Shown here: piece after piece, positions 19,618 to 29,435 of the stretch
Layout of the letters: every line of letters starts with the position of its first letter
Numbering within the stretch: the first letter of the stretch is position 1
Assembly (NCBI GenBank): GCA_040396995.1
Contig: JBBAWV010000001.1
Coordinates: 35,258 to 99,257, forward strand
Direction of reading: 5' to 3'
Length of the DNA: 64,000 bases
DNA from: Nodosilinea sp.
GTDB lineage: Bacteria; Cyanobacteriota; Cyanobacteriia; Phormidesmidales; Phormidesmidaceae
Notes under the pieces: model-generated
What the model saw: only the letters and a program-made list of their open reading frames with translations
Databases searched by the model: none
Told to the model about the DNA's origin: nothing
Translations under genes and position numbers: made by a program

Positions 19618-20598
19618 TTACCGTAGGGTGGGCTGGGAACTTATGGCCAAGGGCAATTCCAGCGGCTCTCGACTGTCCATGGCCTGAACCTCGATGGCCT
19701 CCACTAGCCCCTGCTGATCATCGACCCACACCTGGCGAGCACGGATCACCTGGTTGGACTGAAGGGTGACGAGGGCAAAGTGGCGCTGGGTTTGGCCATG
19801 GTGCTGTCGCCAGCGGGGCACCCTAGCGGCATTGAGGTACAGGGTGGAGCCATCGCTGTGGGCTTGGCGGCGCAGTTGATCCTTGCGGTGGCGCAGGGTG
19901 TGGTGCATGTGGCCAAAGGCGACCAGGGGCACCGCCTTACCGCGATCCTTGGCGTAGGCAATGGCCGCGGCCAGATCGGGATCGCCAAAGTCGCCGCCGA
20001 GGGGGCTCCAGTCGCGCCCACAGGGGTCTTCGGGCGCATCCCCCAAGCCCTTGGGGCCACAGTGGCCGATAAAAATCAGATCATTGTAGCGGGTAGCATC
20101 CACCGCCTGACAAATCCGCTCAATGGAATCCTGAAAGTGTTGCACCCCGTAGCGCTCGGCATAAAAGGAGGTGTTTGTCCACTCCGATCCCCCCCAGCTA
20201 AAGGGCCGTCCTCCCACCACCGACAGGCCAAACTGGGGCAAGTCCACATGGCCATAGCCCACATGGCAGTCGCCCAAGTCCTGCAACTGCTGAGCCACCC
20301 AATCTTCCTGCTGGCGGTTGTAGGGGCATTTTTTGCGGCCCCAAGGTGTGGCGGTATACCAGGCATCGTGGTTGCCCAGAATCACCGCTTTGGGCAGATC
20401 CAGCGCGGCCACCTGACGCACCACATCCACCACCTCGTTGCCAAAATCCCCCACAAATAGCACCATATCCACCCCTAATCGATGCAGAGCTAGGGCATCG
20501 GCTTCGCTCCATTGATCATGGACATCCCCCACAATGGCCAGGGTGAGCGGGGTGGGATCGGTGGCGGGGCGCACAGGGGATGGGGCAAGGGAGGTCAT
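19618..20598 (-). CDS. TIGR04168-family metallophosphoesterase
   Basis: VGDVH, FVGDFGNE, LGNHDAWY, HCGP, FGHMHH. Confidence 0.85.
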   Translation of the reverse strand: MTSLAPSPVRPATDPTPLTLAIVGDVHDQWSEADALALHRLGVDMVLFVGDFGNEVVDVVRQVAALDLPKAVILGNHDAWYTATPWGRKKCPYNRQQEDWVAQQLQDLGDCHVGYGHVDLPQFGLSVVGGRPFSWGGSEWTNTSFYAERYGVQHFQDSIERICQAVDATRYNDLIFIGHCGPKGLGDAPEDPCGRDWSPLGGDFGDPDLAAAIAYAKDRGKAVPLVAFGHMHHTLRHRKDQLRRQAHSDGSTLYLNAARVPRWRQHHGQTQRHFALVTLQSNQVIRARQVWVDDQQGLVEAIEVQAMDSREPLELPLAISSQPTLR

Positions 20599-20699
20599 GG
20601 GCTGGCCGGGAAAGGAATGGGAGAGACGGCTTTGATGGACTTCTTTTATTAAAAGCCAAAATTAAAAGACAATAAACGGGTATCAACCGGGCAAAAGCG

Positions 20700-21515
20700 A
20701 TGCCTTACCTGATTTTTACCGACCTCGACGGCACCCTCTTAAATGCGGAAACCTACGATTATCAGGCGGCTCGGCCTGTGCTGAGCACCCTGGCGGAGTG
20801 GTATATTCCCGTCATCCCGGTGACCAGCAAAACCCGTGCCGAGGTCGATCATCTGCGGCAGGATTTGGGCCTGCGGGATCCCTTTGTGGTGGAAAACGGT
20901 AGCGCTATCTATCTACCCAGAACGGGGCTACCCTTTGACCTGCCGGAAGGGGAAGACGAAGGCGACTATCGCGTCATTCGCCTAGGTTGCAACTATGTGA
21001 CAGCGAGGGCGGGGCTGAAGGCCATTGCCCAGGATCTGGGCCGTCCCCTCAAGGGCTTTGGCGATTGGAGTGTTGACCAAGTGGTGCAGAACACGGGATT
21101 GTCTCCCGAATCTGCGAAACAGGCCAAAGCCAGGGACTTCAGTGAACCCTTTATGACCCCCAAGAATGTGTCCGCCGAGGATCTCCAAGCCGCTGTCGAG
21201 GCTATGGGGTTTCGGGTCGTGCTGGGGGATCGCTTCTCCCACCTGATCGGCAGCGAGGCAGACAAGGGGGAAGCCGTGCGGCAACTGACGGCCCTGTACC
21301 AAACCGCCCATCCCAACGAACCCCTAATTACCGTGGGCTTGGGTAACAGCCCCAACGACATCCCCATGCTGGCAGCGGTGGATTACCCGATCATTCTGCC
21401 CGGAACCGCTGGCCCCCATCCCCAACTAGCCGAATGGGGTTGGCCCGTAGCCCCAGCCCCAGCCCCAGCGGGTTGGGCCGCTGCGGTGAAGGATCAGCTT
21501 GGCCTGGAGATTTAG
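20700..21515 (+). CDS. HAD-IIB mannosyl-/glucosyl-3-phosphoglycerate phosphatase
   Basis: FTDLDGTLL, TSKTRAE, ENGSAI, ARDFSEPF, GNSPNDIPML. Confidence 0.85.
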   Translation: MPYLIFTDLDGTLLNAETYDYQAARPVLSTLAEWYIPVIPVTSKTRAEVDHLRQDLGLRDPFVVENGSAIYLPRTGLPFDLPEGEDEGDYRVIRLGCNYVTARAGLKAIAQDLGRPLKGFGDWSVDQVVQNTGLSPESAKQAKARDFSEPFMTPKNVSAEDLQAAVEAMGFRVVLGDRFSHLIGSEADKGEAVRQLTALYQTAHPNEPLITVGLGNSPNDIPMLAAVDYPIILPGTAGPHPQLAEWGWPVAPAPAPAGWAAAVKDQLGLEI

Positions 21516-21545
21516 GGATTAACGAGGCTTTGGGATTGGCTAGGC

Positions 21546-22775
21546 TTAGGGATCGACCCAGCGATCATCGGACTTGATCAGGTTAATCAGTTCCTCAACC
21601 CCTTGGTCTTCCGGCACTTTCTTGATCTCATCCCGGCCCCGGTACAGAGAAATGTAACCGGGGGTTTTGCCCACATAGCCATAGTCGGCGTCGGCCATCT
21701 CCCCAGGGCCATTGACGATGCAGCCCATCACTGCAATATCTAGCCCGGTGAGATGCTTAGTGGCTTCGCGAACTTTGTGCAGCACTTCTTCCAAATTAAA
21801 CAGGGTGCGCCCACAGGAGGGACAGGCGACGTATTCCACCATGGTTTTGCGAAGCCCCAACGCCTGCAAAATGCTGTAGCAGACGGGGATTTCCTTCTCT
21901 GGCGCTTCGGTGAGGGAGACGCGAATGGTGTCGCCGATGCCCTCGGCCAGCAGGGTGGCGATGCCAGCAGTGGATTTAATCCGGCCATACTCGCCGTCCC
22001 CCGCTTCGGTGACGCCCAGGTGTAGGGGGTAGTCCATGCCAAGGTCATCCATGCGCTTGGCCATCAGGCGGTAGGCGGCTAGCATCACGGGCACCCGTGA
22101 GGCTTTCATGGAAATCACCAGGTTACGGAAGTCCAGGGATTCACAGATATGGAGAAATTCCAGAGCCGATTCCACCATACCTTCGGGGGTGTCGCCGTAG
22201 GTAAACAGCATCCGCTCGGCCAAAGAACCGTGGTTGACGCCAATCCGCATGGATTTACCCTGGTCGCGCAGGGATTCTACCAGGGGCTTGAGGGTGTCGC
22301 GAATTTTGCTGCCGATATCGTCGAATTCTTCTTGGGTGTATCCGGTTCGGTCGGCCTGGGGCTTTTCAAACACATAGAGGCCGGGATTGATGCGCACTTT
22401 ATCGACGTGCTTGGCCACTTCCAGGGCGATTTTCATGCCGTTGTGGTGAACGTCGGCCACCAGGGGCACGGGCTGGTAGGTGTCTTCAAGAATTGTGCGA
22501 ATGTCCGCCAAGGCTTTGGCGTGGGCCATGCTGGGCACCGTGACGCGGACGATCTCGCAGCCAATTTCGTGCAGGCGGCGGATGGCAGCGGCGGAACCCT
22601 GAATATCTAGGGTGTCCTCGTTAATCATGGACTGCACCACCACGGGATGGCCACCACCAATGGTGACGCTGCCCACGGGCACCGGACGAGTTTTGCGACG
22701 GTGGATAGTGGTATCGAAGGGGTCAAAGGCAGGGGTAGTCGAAGCCTGGGACACAGGATTGGGAAGGGTTTGCAT
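21546..22775 (-). CDS. ispG: (E)-4-hydroxy-3-methylbut-2-enyl diphosphate synthase
   Basis: [53 protein letters not shown]. Confidence 0.97.
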   Translation of the reverse strand: MQTLPNPVSQASTTPAFDPFDTTIHRRKTRPVPVGSVTIGGGHPVVVQSMINEDTLDIQGSAAAIRRLHEIGCEIVRVTVPSMAHAKALADIRTILEDTYQPVPLVADVHHNGMKIALEVAKHVDKVRINPGLYVFEKPQADRTGYTQEEFDDIGSKIRDTLKPLVESLRDQGKSMRIGVNHGSLAERMLFTYGDTPEGMVESALEFLHICESLDFRNLVISMKASRVPVMLAAYRLMAKRMDDLGMDYPLHLGVTEAGDGEYGRIKSTAGIATLLAEGIGDTIRVSLTEAPEKEIPVCYSILQALGLRKTMVEYVACPSCGRTLFNLEEVLHKVREATKHLTGLDIAVMGCIVNGPGEMADADYGYVGKTPGYISLYRGRDEIKKVPEDQGVEELINLIKSDDRWVDP

Positions 22776-23084
22776 AGCCTTTGCTCTAGGGTTGCCGGAG
22801 GTTTGCCGATACAGAAACACCGAATTAGACCAATCGCCCCTAGGACGACCCTAACCGGGTTCCGATGTGCCACAACATGGGTTTATAGTTATCTCCCAGA
22901 GTGCCATAGAATGGCCTCTTTGCAGCTTAACTTGCGTCGATGGTAGGGATTGATGGTCAGCAAGGCATCCATTGACTGAGGATGGATTTGACTGAGGATG
23001 GATTCAACCCGTTTCTGTCGCTTGGCATCCCGACAGAAAGACCTTCCAAAGGGATTATTTTTTGCTATGCTAAAACAGCAATAC

Positions 23085-23166
23085 GCGGATGTGGCGGAAT
23101 TGGTAGACGCGCTAGATTTAGGTTCTAGTTTCGCAAGAAGTGAAGGTTCAAGTCCTTTCATCCGCA
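23085..23166 (+). tRNA. trnL: tRNA-Leu (UAG)
   Basis: GCGGATG acceptor stem pairs with CATCCGC; anticodon stem CTAGA/TCTAG with loop TTTAGGT; long variable arm; GGTTCAAGTCC T-loop; CCA not encoded. Confidence 0.97.
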
Positions 23167-23234
23167 TGATTACAATCCAACTCCTACGCCCAAAGACGAG
23201 CTTTATGGCCGCTTAAGGGTTTGAGATCTTTATA

Positions 23235-24989
23235 TCACGGCCAGCGGGAGGCAATCGGCATTCGCCAGCCCATGCCAAAGGCGCGGTCGGTGACTTTGAG
23301 GACGGGGGGCGCTTGGCGGCGTTTGAATTCAGCCCTAGCCACCAGGCGCGTGACCCGATCCACCACCGCCTGATCATGGCCAGCGGCGACGATATCAGCG
23401 GTGGATTGGTGGCGCTGCACTAGGCGTTCCAGAATGTCATCCAGCACCTCGTAGGGCGGCAGAGAATCTTGATCCACCTGGCCCGGTTTGAGTTCGGCAC
23501 TGGGGGGCTTGGTGAGAATGTGGGTAAGAATCAAGCCCTGGGGAGCCTGACCGCGCAAGTGGGCCAGGGCACCGAGGGGATCGTGGTTGGGGTCAGTAGC
23601 AGTAGATTGGACACTTTGCCCCTGCTGATTCAGCCAGTGACAGAGGGCATAGACCCGCGTTTTGGGCACATCGGCAATTACCGCTAGGCCACCGTTCATA
23701 TCGCCGTAGAGGGTGCAGTAACCCACCGCCATTTCGGATTTGTTGCCCGTAGACAGCAGCAGGTGGCCAAATTTGTTGGAAATCCCCATCAACAAATTGC
23801 CCCGAATGCGGGACTGGATATTTTCCTCGGCAATGCCGGATTCGGTACCTGCAAACAGGGGATCAAGCACCTGGTCGTAGTCGGCCATCAGGGGGCCGAT
23901 GGCGAGGGTGTGGTGGGCAAGGCCGAGGGTGTCGCAGAGGGCGAGGGCATCGCTGACCGAGTGATCGGAACTGTAGGGAGAAGGCATCAGCACGGCCAGC
24001 ACCTGCTCTGGGCCGAGGGCCGCCGCCGCAATGGCCGCCACCAGGGCCGAATCTACCCCACCGCTGAGGCCCACCACCGCTTTGCGAAAACCGCACTTCC
24101 GGGCATAGTCTTGCACCCCCAGCACCAGAGCCAGCCAGAGGGCTTCGTTATCATCAGCAGGCAAAGGGGCGACGGTTCCCGGCAGTAGGTCGGCCTTGGC
24201 GAGATCGTACTCCACCACCATCAGCCCCCTTTGGCAAGAGGGCAACCGCGCCACCAGTTCGCCCTGGCGATTAACGGCCATGCTGGTGCCGTCAAAAATC
24301 AAATCATCGTTGGCCCCCACCTGGTTGGCGTAGAGAATCGGGCAGCGAAACCGAGTGGCACTGTGGGTCAGCATGGCGGCTCGCAGTTGGGGCTTTTGCA
24401 CCGAAAAGGGCGAGGCCGACAGGTTAATCACCAAGTCCACCCCCGCTTCAGCCAAATCCGCAATGGGGTTGCGGGGATAGCTGCGTCCGCCCCAAAATTC
24501 CTCGTCGTTCCACAGGTCTTCGCAGATGGTGATGCCAATGTTCAGATCCCCCTCGGCGGTATTCAGCACAAAGCGGCTCGGCCCCCTCCCTGGGGCAAAG
24601 TAGCGGTCTTCATCAAACACATCGTAGGTGGGCAAAAGCTGTTTATGGAACACCTGCTGCACCATGCCCCCCTGCACCAAAGCTGTGCTGTTGAACAGGG
24701 GCTTTTCTCCCCGCTGCAGGGCCTTGGGATTGGCCGCTGCAAACCCCACCAGCACCGATAATTCTGGGGGCAATTCCGTGGCCAAATCCTCCAATCGCTG
24801 GGCCATCGCCGCAATAAATCCAGGCCGCAGCAGCAAATCACGGGGCGGATAGCCACAGAGCGCCAGTTCCGTCGTCACCAAGACCTGCGCCCCTTGCGCG
24901 TGGGCTTCCTGGGCAGTAGCCACAATCTGCTGGGCATTGTGGGACAGGTCGCCGATGGTGGGATTGAGTTGGGCGATGGCGATTTTCAT
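23235..24989 (-). CDS. nadE: Glutamine-dependent NAD+ synthase
   Basis: MKIAIAQLNP, nitrilase domain (TELAL, KQLLP, ICEDLW), GLSGGVDS, ENIQSRIRG, GNKSE, PPSAEL. Confidence 0.96.
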   Translation of the reverse strand: MKIAIAQLNPTIGDLSHNAQQIVATAQEAHAQGAQVLVTTELALCGYPPRDLLLRPGFIAAMAQRLEDLATELPPELSVLVGFAAANPKALQRGEKPLFNSTALVQGGMVQQVFHKQLLPTYDVFDEDRYFAPGRGPSRFVLNTAEGDLNIGITICEDLWNDEEFWGGRSYPRNPIADLAEAGVDLVINLSASPFSVQKPQLRAAMLTHSATRFRCPILYANQVGANDDLIFDGTSMAVNRQGELVARLPSCQRGLMVVEYDLAKADLLPGTVAPLPADDNEALWLALVLGVQDYARKCGFRKAVVGLSGGVDSALVAAIAAAALGPEQVLAVLMPSPYSSDHSVSDALALCDTLGLAHHTLAIGPLMADYDQVLDPLFAGTESGIAEENIQSRIRGNLLMGISNKFGHLLLSTGNKSEMAVGYCTLYGDMNGGLAVIADVPKTRVYALCHWLNQQGQSVQSTATDPNHDPLGALAHLRGQAPQGLILTHILTKPPSAELKPGQVDQDSLPPYEVLDDILERLVQRHQSTADIVAAGHDQAVVDRVTRLVARAEFKRRQAPPVLKVTDRAFGMGWRMPIASRWP

Positions 24990-25015
24990 GGGGAGATGGG
25001 GAGTGGGGAGTCGGG
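24989..25015 (+). repeat. STRR-like heptamer TGGGGAG x3-4
   Basis: Immediately upstream of the nadE start. Confidence 0.7.
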
Positions 25016-25200
25016 CGTAGGGTGCATAACGCCAAGGCGAGGCTAGCGCCAACGCGAAGCAATGCACCAACTGATCAATTTTAAGAACCACAAAATTGTT
25101 AACACATATTACAGGTTTATGAGGGAATTTATGGTGATGGGAACCCTTGGTTAAATAGCCAAGATGCCGTGAGTAAAACCTGATTGGAGTAGATAACCTT

Positions 25201-25494
25201 ATGAATCCAGCCAAAGTTCATTACGTTCACAATGGTTGGACGGCCTGTGGACAGGTTTCTCTTGAAACAATGTATACCCAAGATGTCAGTACAGTTACCT
25301 GTAAATCCTGTCTGAAGTCCCTGGAGAAGGTCAAGCCTATTAAAATTCACTTAGCCCACAACGGCTGGGCAGCATGTAGCAACGTTTCACTCGAAGCAAC
25401 CTATACCCAAGATATTAGTGTAGTGAATTGTAAGTCTTGCTTAAAATCACGAGTAGGAAAGACTGCTTTACAAGAATTCTCAGCAGATCGCTGA
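25201..25494 (+). CDS. Small protein with two tandem His/Cys (Zn-finger-like) repeats
   Basis: H-x2-H-x5-C-x17-C-x2-C twice, 26/38 aa identical between copies; RBS GGAG; about 40-45% GC. Confidence 0.75.
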   Translation: MNPAKVHYVHNGWTACGQVSLETMYTQDVSTVTCKSCLKSLEKVKPIKIHLAHNGWAACSNVSLEATYTQDISVVNCKSCLKSRVGKTALQEFSADR

Positions 25495-25554
25495 GATTAT
25501 TTTCAGGTCATATAATACATTATGCCAACATATTCTACAAACTCAATAGACTTA

Positions 25555-25620
25555 GGGCGAGGAGACTCGCCCCTACGGTTTGCTGGGCTGGGAATCGGGG
25601 TTATTCGATTAGGATTTGGT
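25555..25620 (-). repeat. REP-like element (GTAG + GGGCGAGG/CCTCGCCC hairpin + 44-bp tail)
   Basis: 66/67 identical to the reverse complement of 41831-41897. Confidence 0.92.
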
Positions 25621-25646
25621 ATTACTAAAGAGGCTGACAGCTGGTT

Positions 25647-25782
25647 GCCTGACACATCTCCAAAGTAGGTTGGGTGCAGCAAAGCGGAACCCAACACTTA
25701 CCGAGAATTTTGGGCTTGTTGGGTTTTGCTATCGCGCCACCCAACCTACGAGAAATCAAGGCTTTTCAGCGTTGTGTCAGGC
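25647..25782 (+). mobile_element. REPIN-like doublet (25665-25749) inside 10-bp inverted repeats GCCTGACACA/TGTGTCAGGC; MITE-like
   Basis: GTAGGTTGGG...CCCAACCTAC; 25665-25780 is about 90% identical (11 mismatches/116) to 26261-26376. Confidence 0.8.
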
Positions 25783-25801
25783 AGTCAGGGCTAATAATTC
25801 C

Positions 25802-26143
25802 TTGGATGAAAAAGTACCTGTTCTATATTATGCAGTCAGATCTCACTCTGATGAGAAAGTAAAGGTAATGTTGGAATCCGGTGCTACGTGGGATCAGCTA
25901 TCTCAAGAACAACTAGATGATGCTTTGCAAGGGGCGTCTTGTGATGGTTATTTGTTCACCGTTGAAGAACTGTTGAACGCAGGAGCAAATCCCAATAGCT
26001 CTAATGATCACAATGAGACTCCGCTGTTATTAGCTCAAGATGCTACTTGTAGGACAGTTGACGGTGACGGAGGGAGAATTGTCGATGAACGTCAGCATAA
26101 TGAAGTTGCAAATTTATTGAGAGAGAAGGGAGCACTTCAATAA
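25802..26143 (+). pseudogene. Ankyrin-repeat protein, probably 5'-truncated
   Basis: VLYYAV, ELLNAGANPNSSNDHNETPLLLA, VANLLREKGA. The ORF-track N-terminus (25616-25801) is repeat DNA. About 40% GC. Confidence 0.65.
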
Positions 26144-26151
26144 AAGGGGAC

Positions 26152-26227
26152 GTAGGATTGACGAGCGAAGCAGAATCCTCACTGGACAAGGATTGGGATG
26201 CGTTACGCTGTCGCTAACACATCCTAC
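26152..26227 (+). repeat. REPIN-like doublet GTAGGATTG...CATCCTAC
   Basis: Two GTAG-led hairpins in inverted orientation. Confidence 0.75.
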
Positions 26228-26260
26228 GAACTTTGCAAATTTTTCAAGGATTTAGCGCTC

Positions 26261-26376
26261 GTAGGTTGGGTGCAGCGAAGCGGAACCCAACACCCGCCGA
26301 GGATTTAAGGCTTGTTGGGTTCTGCTATCGCGCCACCCAACCTACGAGATATCAAGGCTTTTCGACGTTGTGTCAG
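26261..26376 (+). repeat. Second copy of the GTAGGTTGGG REPIN-like element
   Basis: Direct repeat of 25665-25780. Confidence 0.9.
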
Positions 26377-26415
26377 TCAGATGGGCGGCTCTGGTTGAAG
26401 CTGAGCCTCTCTATT

Positions 26416-27009
26416 TCACGAACCGGAGTTGGGTTTCCGGCGCTGGCTGAGCAGATACCCCAGGGCTCCGGGCATGGCCAGCAGGGTAATCAAAATTGTG
26501 GTCGAAACACTGAGGCGGCTGGAGAGGGTGCGGGCCGGGTCTAGGCCATCCACAATGAAGCGCCCGGTGACGATGACGGCATAGAGGCTGACGGTGACGG
26601 CACTGAGGCTAGAAATAAAGTCTTTGAGGGTGGGCAGGTGGGCCTGGGGGATGCGGCGACCCAGCAGGATTCCAGAGATAAATCCCGCCAGGGCTTGGCC
26701 CACCACCACAATCAGCCGCAGTTGGATACTAATCGGCTCTTTTTCGGCGGCCAGATGTCCGGCCATGATGCCGCCCAGGCCGATGATCATCCCCGCAATC
26801 GCCCCCACCCCAATCCACCAGTGGATCGGCTTGGAGAGGTAGGAGCAGGCCACAATTAAACTGGCCAACCCCAGGGAACTGGCCACGGCGGCCTGACCCA
26901 GGGGCAACTGGGTAATGATCACCAGGGTCAGGGCCACCCCAACCCCGGTACCGAGCAGTAGTGGCAGCGATTGTCTGAGGCCAGAAATTTTGGGGTAGTT
27001 TTGAATCAT
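26416..27009 (-). CDS. Hypothetical integral membrane protein
   Basis: About 5-6 hydrophobic segments; start moved to MIQNYPK. Confidence 0.7.
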   Translation of the reverse strand: MIQNYPKISGLRQSLPLLLGTGVGVALTLVIITQLPLGQAAVASSLGLASLIVACSYLSKPIHWWIGVGAIAGMIIGLGGIMAGHLAAEKEPISIQLRLIVVVGQALAGFISGILLGRRIPQAHLPTLKDFISSLSAVTVSLYAVIVTGRFIVDGLDPARTLSSRLSVSTTILITLLAMPGALGYLLSQRRKPNSGS

Positions 27010-27016
27010 GGTGAGC

Positions 27017-27190
27017 TCAAACCTGTTGAATAGCTGGGGGTGTCCATCGGCCATCCAACACCTCGGATTTGGGTGCATAGAGGCCCATGGTAATGTCCAA
27101 GCTGCCCTAATCGGGGGAGGTGAACTAGTTGGATGCCCGGTTCGGCGACTTGGCTTGGATGGAGAGGTCGAGGGAGCCGTTCGCGCCCTC
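27017..27190 (-). pseudogene. Degenerate 3' remnant of a DUF1254/DUF1214 gene
   Basis: ANGSLDLSIQAKSPNRASN*FTSPD*GSLDITMGLYAPKSEVLDGRWTPPAIQQV* aligns by eye with the C-terminus of 36312-37649; two in-frame stops. Confidence 0.75.
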
Positions 27191-27824
27191 AAGCGACGCA
27201 CGACTTGGCCATTGGAATCCTCATGTAGTATTGCTCAAATTCATCTCCTACGGCATAAATTGTTTGATCTGGGCCAAGATCCATGACCAGATCCTCGGTC
27301 AAAATGCGGGTGCGGTATTCCCAGCCATCGGGCAGTTTTAGTTGATCGGCAAGGCTGGCGAGCGACTCCATTGAGAACTCCTTACCATGAGCTTGCATAA
27401 CGTAACTGTTGCCGTCGGGATCGATGAGTTCGTAAACAGCCCTGCCCTTGGCGTAAACCATTGTCTGAGTTTTTTTCGGAGTAAAAACGGTGTAAGGTGC
27501 GGTTCCATGGGACTGTTTCCCAACGAGAGCCGCGTCTAGCGTAGCCGCCCACCGGGCTTCAAGTCCTCCAAACGAAACCGTCTCTCCGAAAGAAAGGGTT
27601 TGGGAATCCATCATCCAGAACTTAGGGCCGTTTAGTTGGACGGCTTGGGCATCAAACTGGGTTTTAATGGCCTCTAGATCAAGGGCATCCCAGAGCTGGA
27701 GAGGACAGTCGTTTAAACCCGTAGTGTTGTAGATTTCAATGTCAACTCCCTTAACCAGAAAAATCTCACCGAAACGCAAATCCCGTGTTTCAGTAACCGT
27801 CACTTCAGTCAGAATTCTATCCAT
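27189..27824 (-). CDS. Hypothetical protein (211 aa)
   Basis: Good ORF, RBS GGAG, globular composition (YNTTGLNDCP, NGPKFWMMD, YELIDPDGNSYVMQ); no family name recognised. Confidence 0.75.
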   Translation of the reverse strand: MDRILTEVTVTETRDLRFGEIFLVKGVDIEIYNTTGLNDCPLQLWDALDLEAIKTQFDAQAVQLNGPKFWMMDSQTLSFGETVSFGGLEARWAATLDAALVGKQSHGTAPYTVFTPKKTQTMVYAKGRAVYELIDPDGNSYVMQAHGKEFSMESLASLADQLKLPDGWEYRTRILTEDLVMDLGPDQTIYAVGDEFEQYYMRIPMAKSCVA

Positions 27825-27931
27825 TATGTTCTCCGAACTTATGGTTTATTGGGTTGGACTAGATTTTTGGTTGAGATTCGATCAGTTCTAGAAGGAATCA
27901 AAGGAGGGTGTAACCCAGGCTTATTAGCCAC

Positions 27932-29365
27932 CTAGATTTGGGTGCCCTTGGCCTCAAATTCTTCCTTGGTTGTGTAATACCCCTGAGGGTAGTAAGGCCC
28001 CATAATGGCTTCCTCCAGGCTAGGTTGAGAGATCTTGTCAGGGCTTTGCAGCCAACTGGGATGATTACCCATCATCCGCATAATCAGCATGCCAAAGTCG
28101 GGACGGTTCCTAGGATCATCGAGTCCTTCACCGAGCGGACTCCATTCGACCCATGCCACGCCATTTTCGAGTGTCGCATTCTTCGGCTTATCTTCCTGGC
28201 GGCTGACCACAATCGTATAATTGCGATCTCCATCCAGAGGCACCTGCATATCAGTCACGCCATCTACAACGCGGCCAGAGGGAGGGGCCTCGCAACTGAC
28301 GAGCGACCAGTACTGAGTTTGTGCTTCTGGCATCACTTCCAGACCCTTACCCTCTGCACCCGCGTAAGTATTCGGGAAAATCGGCATCTTGCCTCGGACG
28401 ACATAGACCGAACCGAACTGACGCGAGAGATAGGTCAGCAGATAGGGCCCATCGCCGCCCCCCTCCATTGCCCCAGCGTAAGGAATTTTTGCCCGTTCTT
28501 CTGGTGTTTTGAACGCGCCAACCACCGAATATCTGATTGTCCAGAATTTCTCCCACGTTGGTACCTGGCGTGCGGGTGCCGTCGCAGGGTCAAGTTCGGG
28601 GTCGTTGTCCTCGGCCTGAACCAGCTTTACCCATTGTTCGGCGGTCAACGGCGGCTGGGTATTCTCTTCCATTTTCTGCACAAACTGCCTGACAAACTCC
28701 TCCGATGACAAACGGGTGCCATCGGCGAGGGTGACTTCGTAGCTCGGCAGCCCTGGTCCGTTGAAGGGCGATAATGCCGTACCCCATCCGGCCCCGTCTC
28801 TGCCCTGATCGGCTAGATAGATGCGAATCGCCATCTGGATCTTTTTACCGTCCCTGCCCACGTATAGCGTGTTGGGCTTACGGTCTTTGGGTTCGATTGG
28901 CGGAGCCTCGGCTAGAATTCGTAGCGTGAAGTTTCGTGGCTCGGCGAGACGGTCAGCACCGACCAAAAACGGATTGCTGGAGCCGGGATCTGGCTCGATC
29001 TCCTGCCCAGTGAATGCCTCGCCGATAGAAACATAGGTATCGCGTTCTTCTCTATATAACGCAAACTGGAAGTAGCGCACATGGGGATAGGTGGCCCGTA
29101 AAGTCAGGGTACTCCCAGCCGGCATGGTCAACTGACTTAAGAAGAAAGTCGATGCCATATCTGGCCAAAGGTTGGGATTTTGGAACGGTTTTGGCTGGGC
29201 CAGATAGTTCCAGTAGTGCCACCCACGCGGCCCTTGGAATAGGCTGTCACTGCCGTAGCGCTCGTCGGTGCGGATGACGGCTTCCATCGATAGATTGCCA
29301 TAGCGTTCGGCAGTCTTGGCTAGATCCTTGTTGTTGCTAGTAAAAGCCGTTTCCATAACGCTCAT
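27932..29365 (-). CDS. Hypothetical protein, possibly DUF1214-related
   Basis: QNPNLWPD, YPHVRYFQFALY, PDPGSSNPF, QYWSLVSC, VPLDGDRNYTIVVS; start moved from 29758. Confidence 0.7.
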   Translation of the reverse strand: MSVMETAFTSNNKDLAKTAERYGNLSMEAVIRTDERYGSDSLFQGPRGWHYWNYLAQPKPFQNPNLWPDMASTFFLSQLTMPAGSTLTLRATYPHVRYFQFALYREERDTYVSIGEAFTGQEIEPDPGSSNPFLVGADRLAEPRNFTLRILAEAPPIEPKDRKPNTLYVGRDGKKIQMAIRIYLADQGRDGAGWGTALSPFNGPGLPSYEVTLADGTRLSSEEFVRQFVQKMEENTQPPLTAEQWVKLVQAEDNDPELDPATAPARQVPTWEKFWTIRYSVVGAFKTPEERAKIPYAGAMEGGGDGPYLLTYLSRQFGSVYVVRGKMPIFPNTYAGAEGKGLEVMPEAQTQYWSLVSCEAPPSGRVVDGVTDMQVPLDGDRNYTIVVSRQEDKPKNATLENGVAWVEWSPLGEGLDDPRNRPDFGMLIMRMMGNHPSWLQSPDKISQPSLEEAIMGPYYPQGYYTTKEEFEAKGTQI

Positions 29366-29435
29366 TGGTAGGGAATAAAAGCTGGACTTGAAACCGCAGG
29401 GTAAAATCACCGGCGTTATCGGGTCTGACCGCATT

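Noticed and set aside
23085-23234. tRNA-Leu as integration site for the island
   Set aside because: The core gene nadE follows directly and no duplicated tRNA 3' end was found
25616-25801. N-terminal 62 aa of the ankyrin ORF, and the similar ORF at 26233-26544
   Set aside because: Translations of the REPIN repeat; the same peptide appears in both copies
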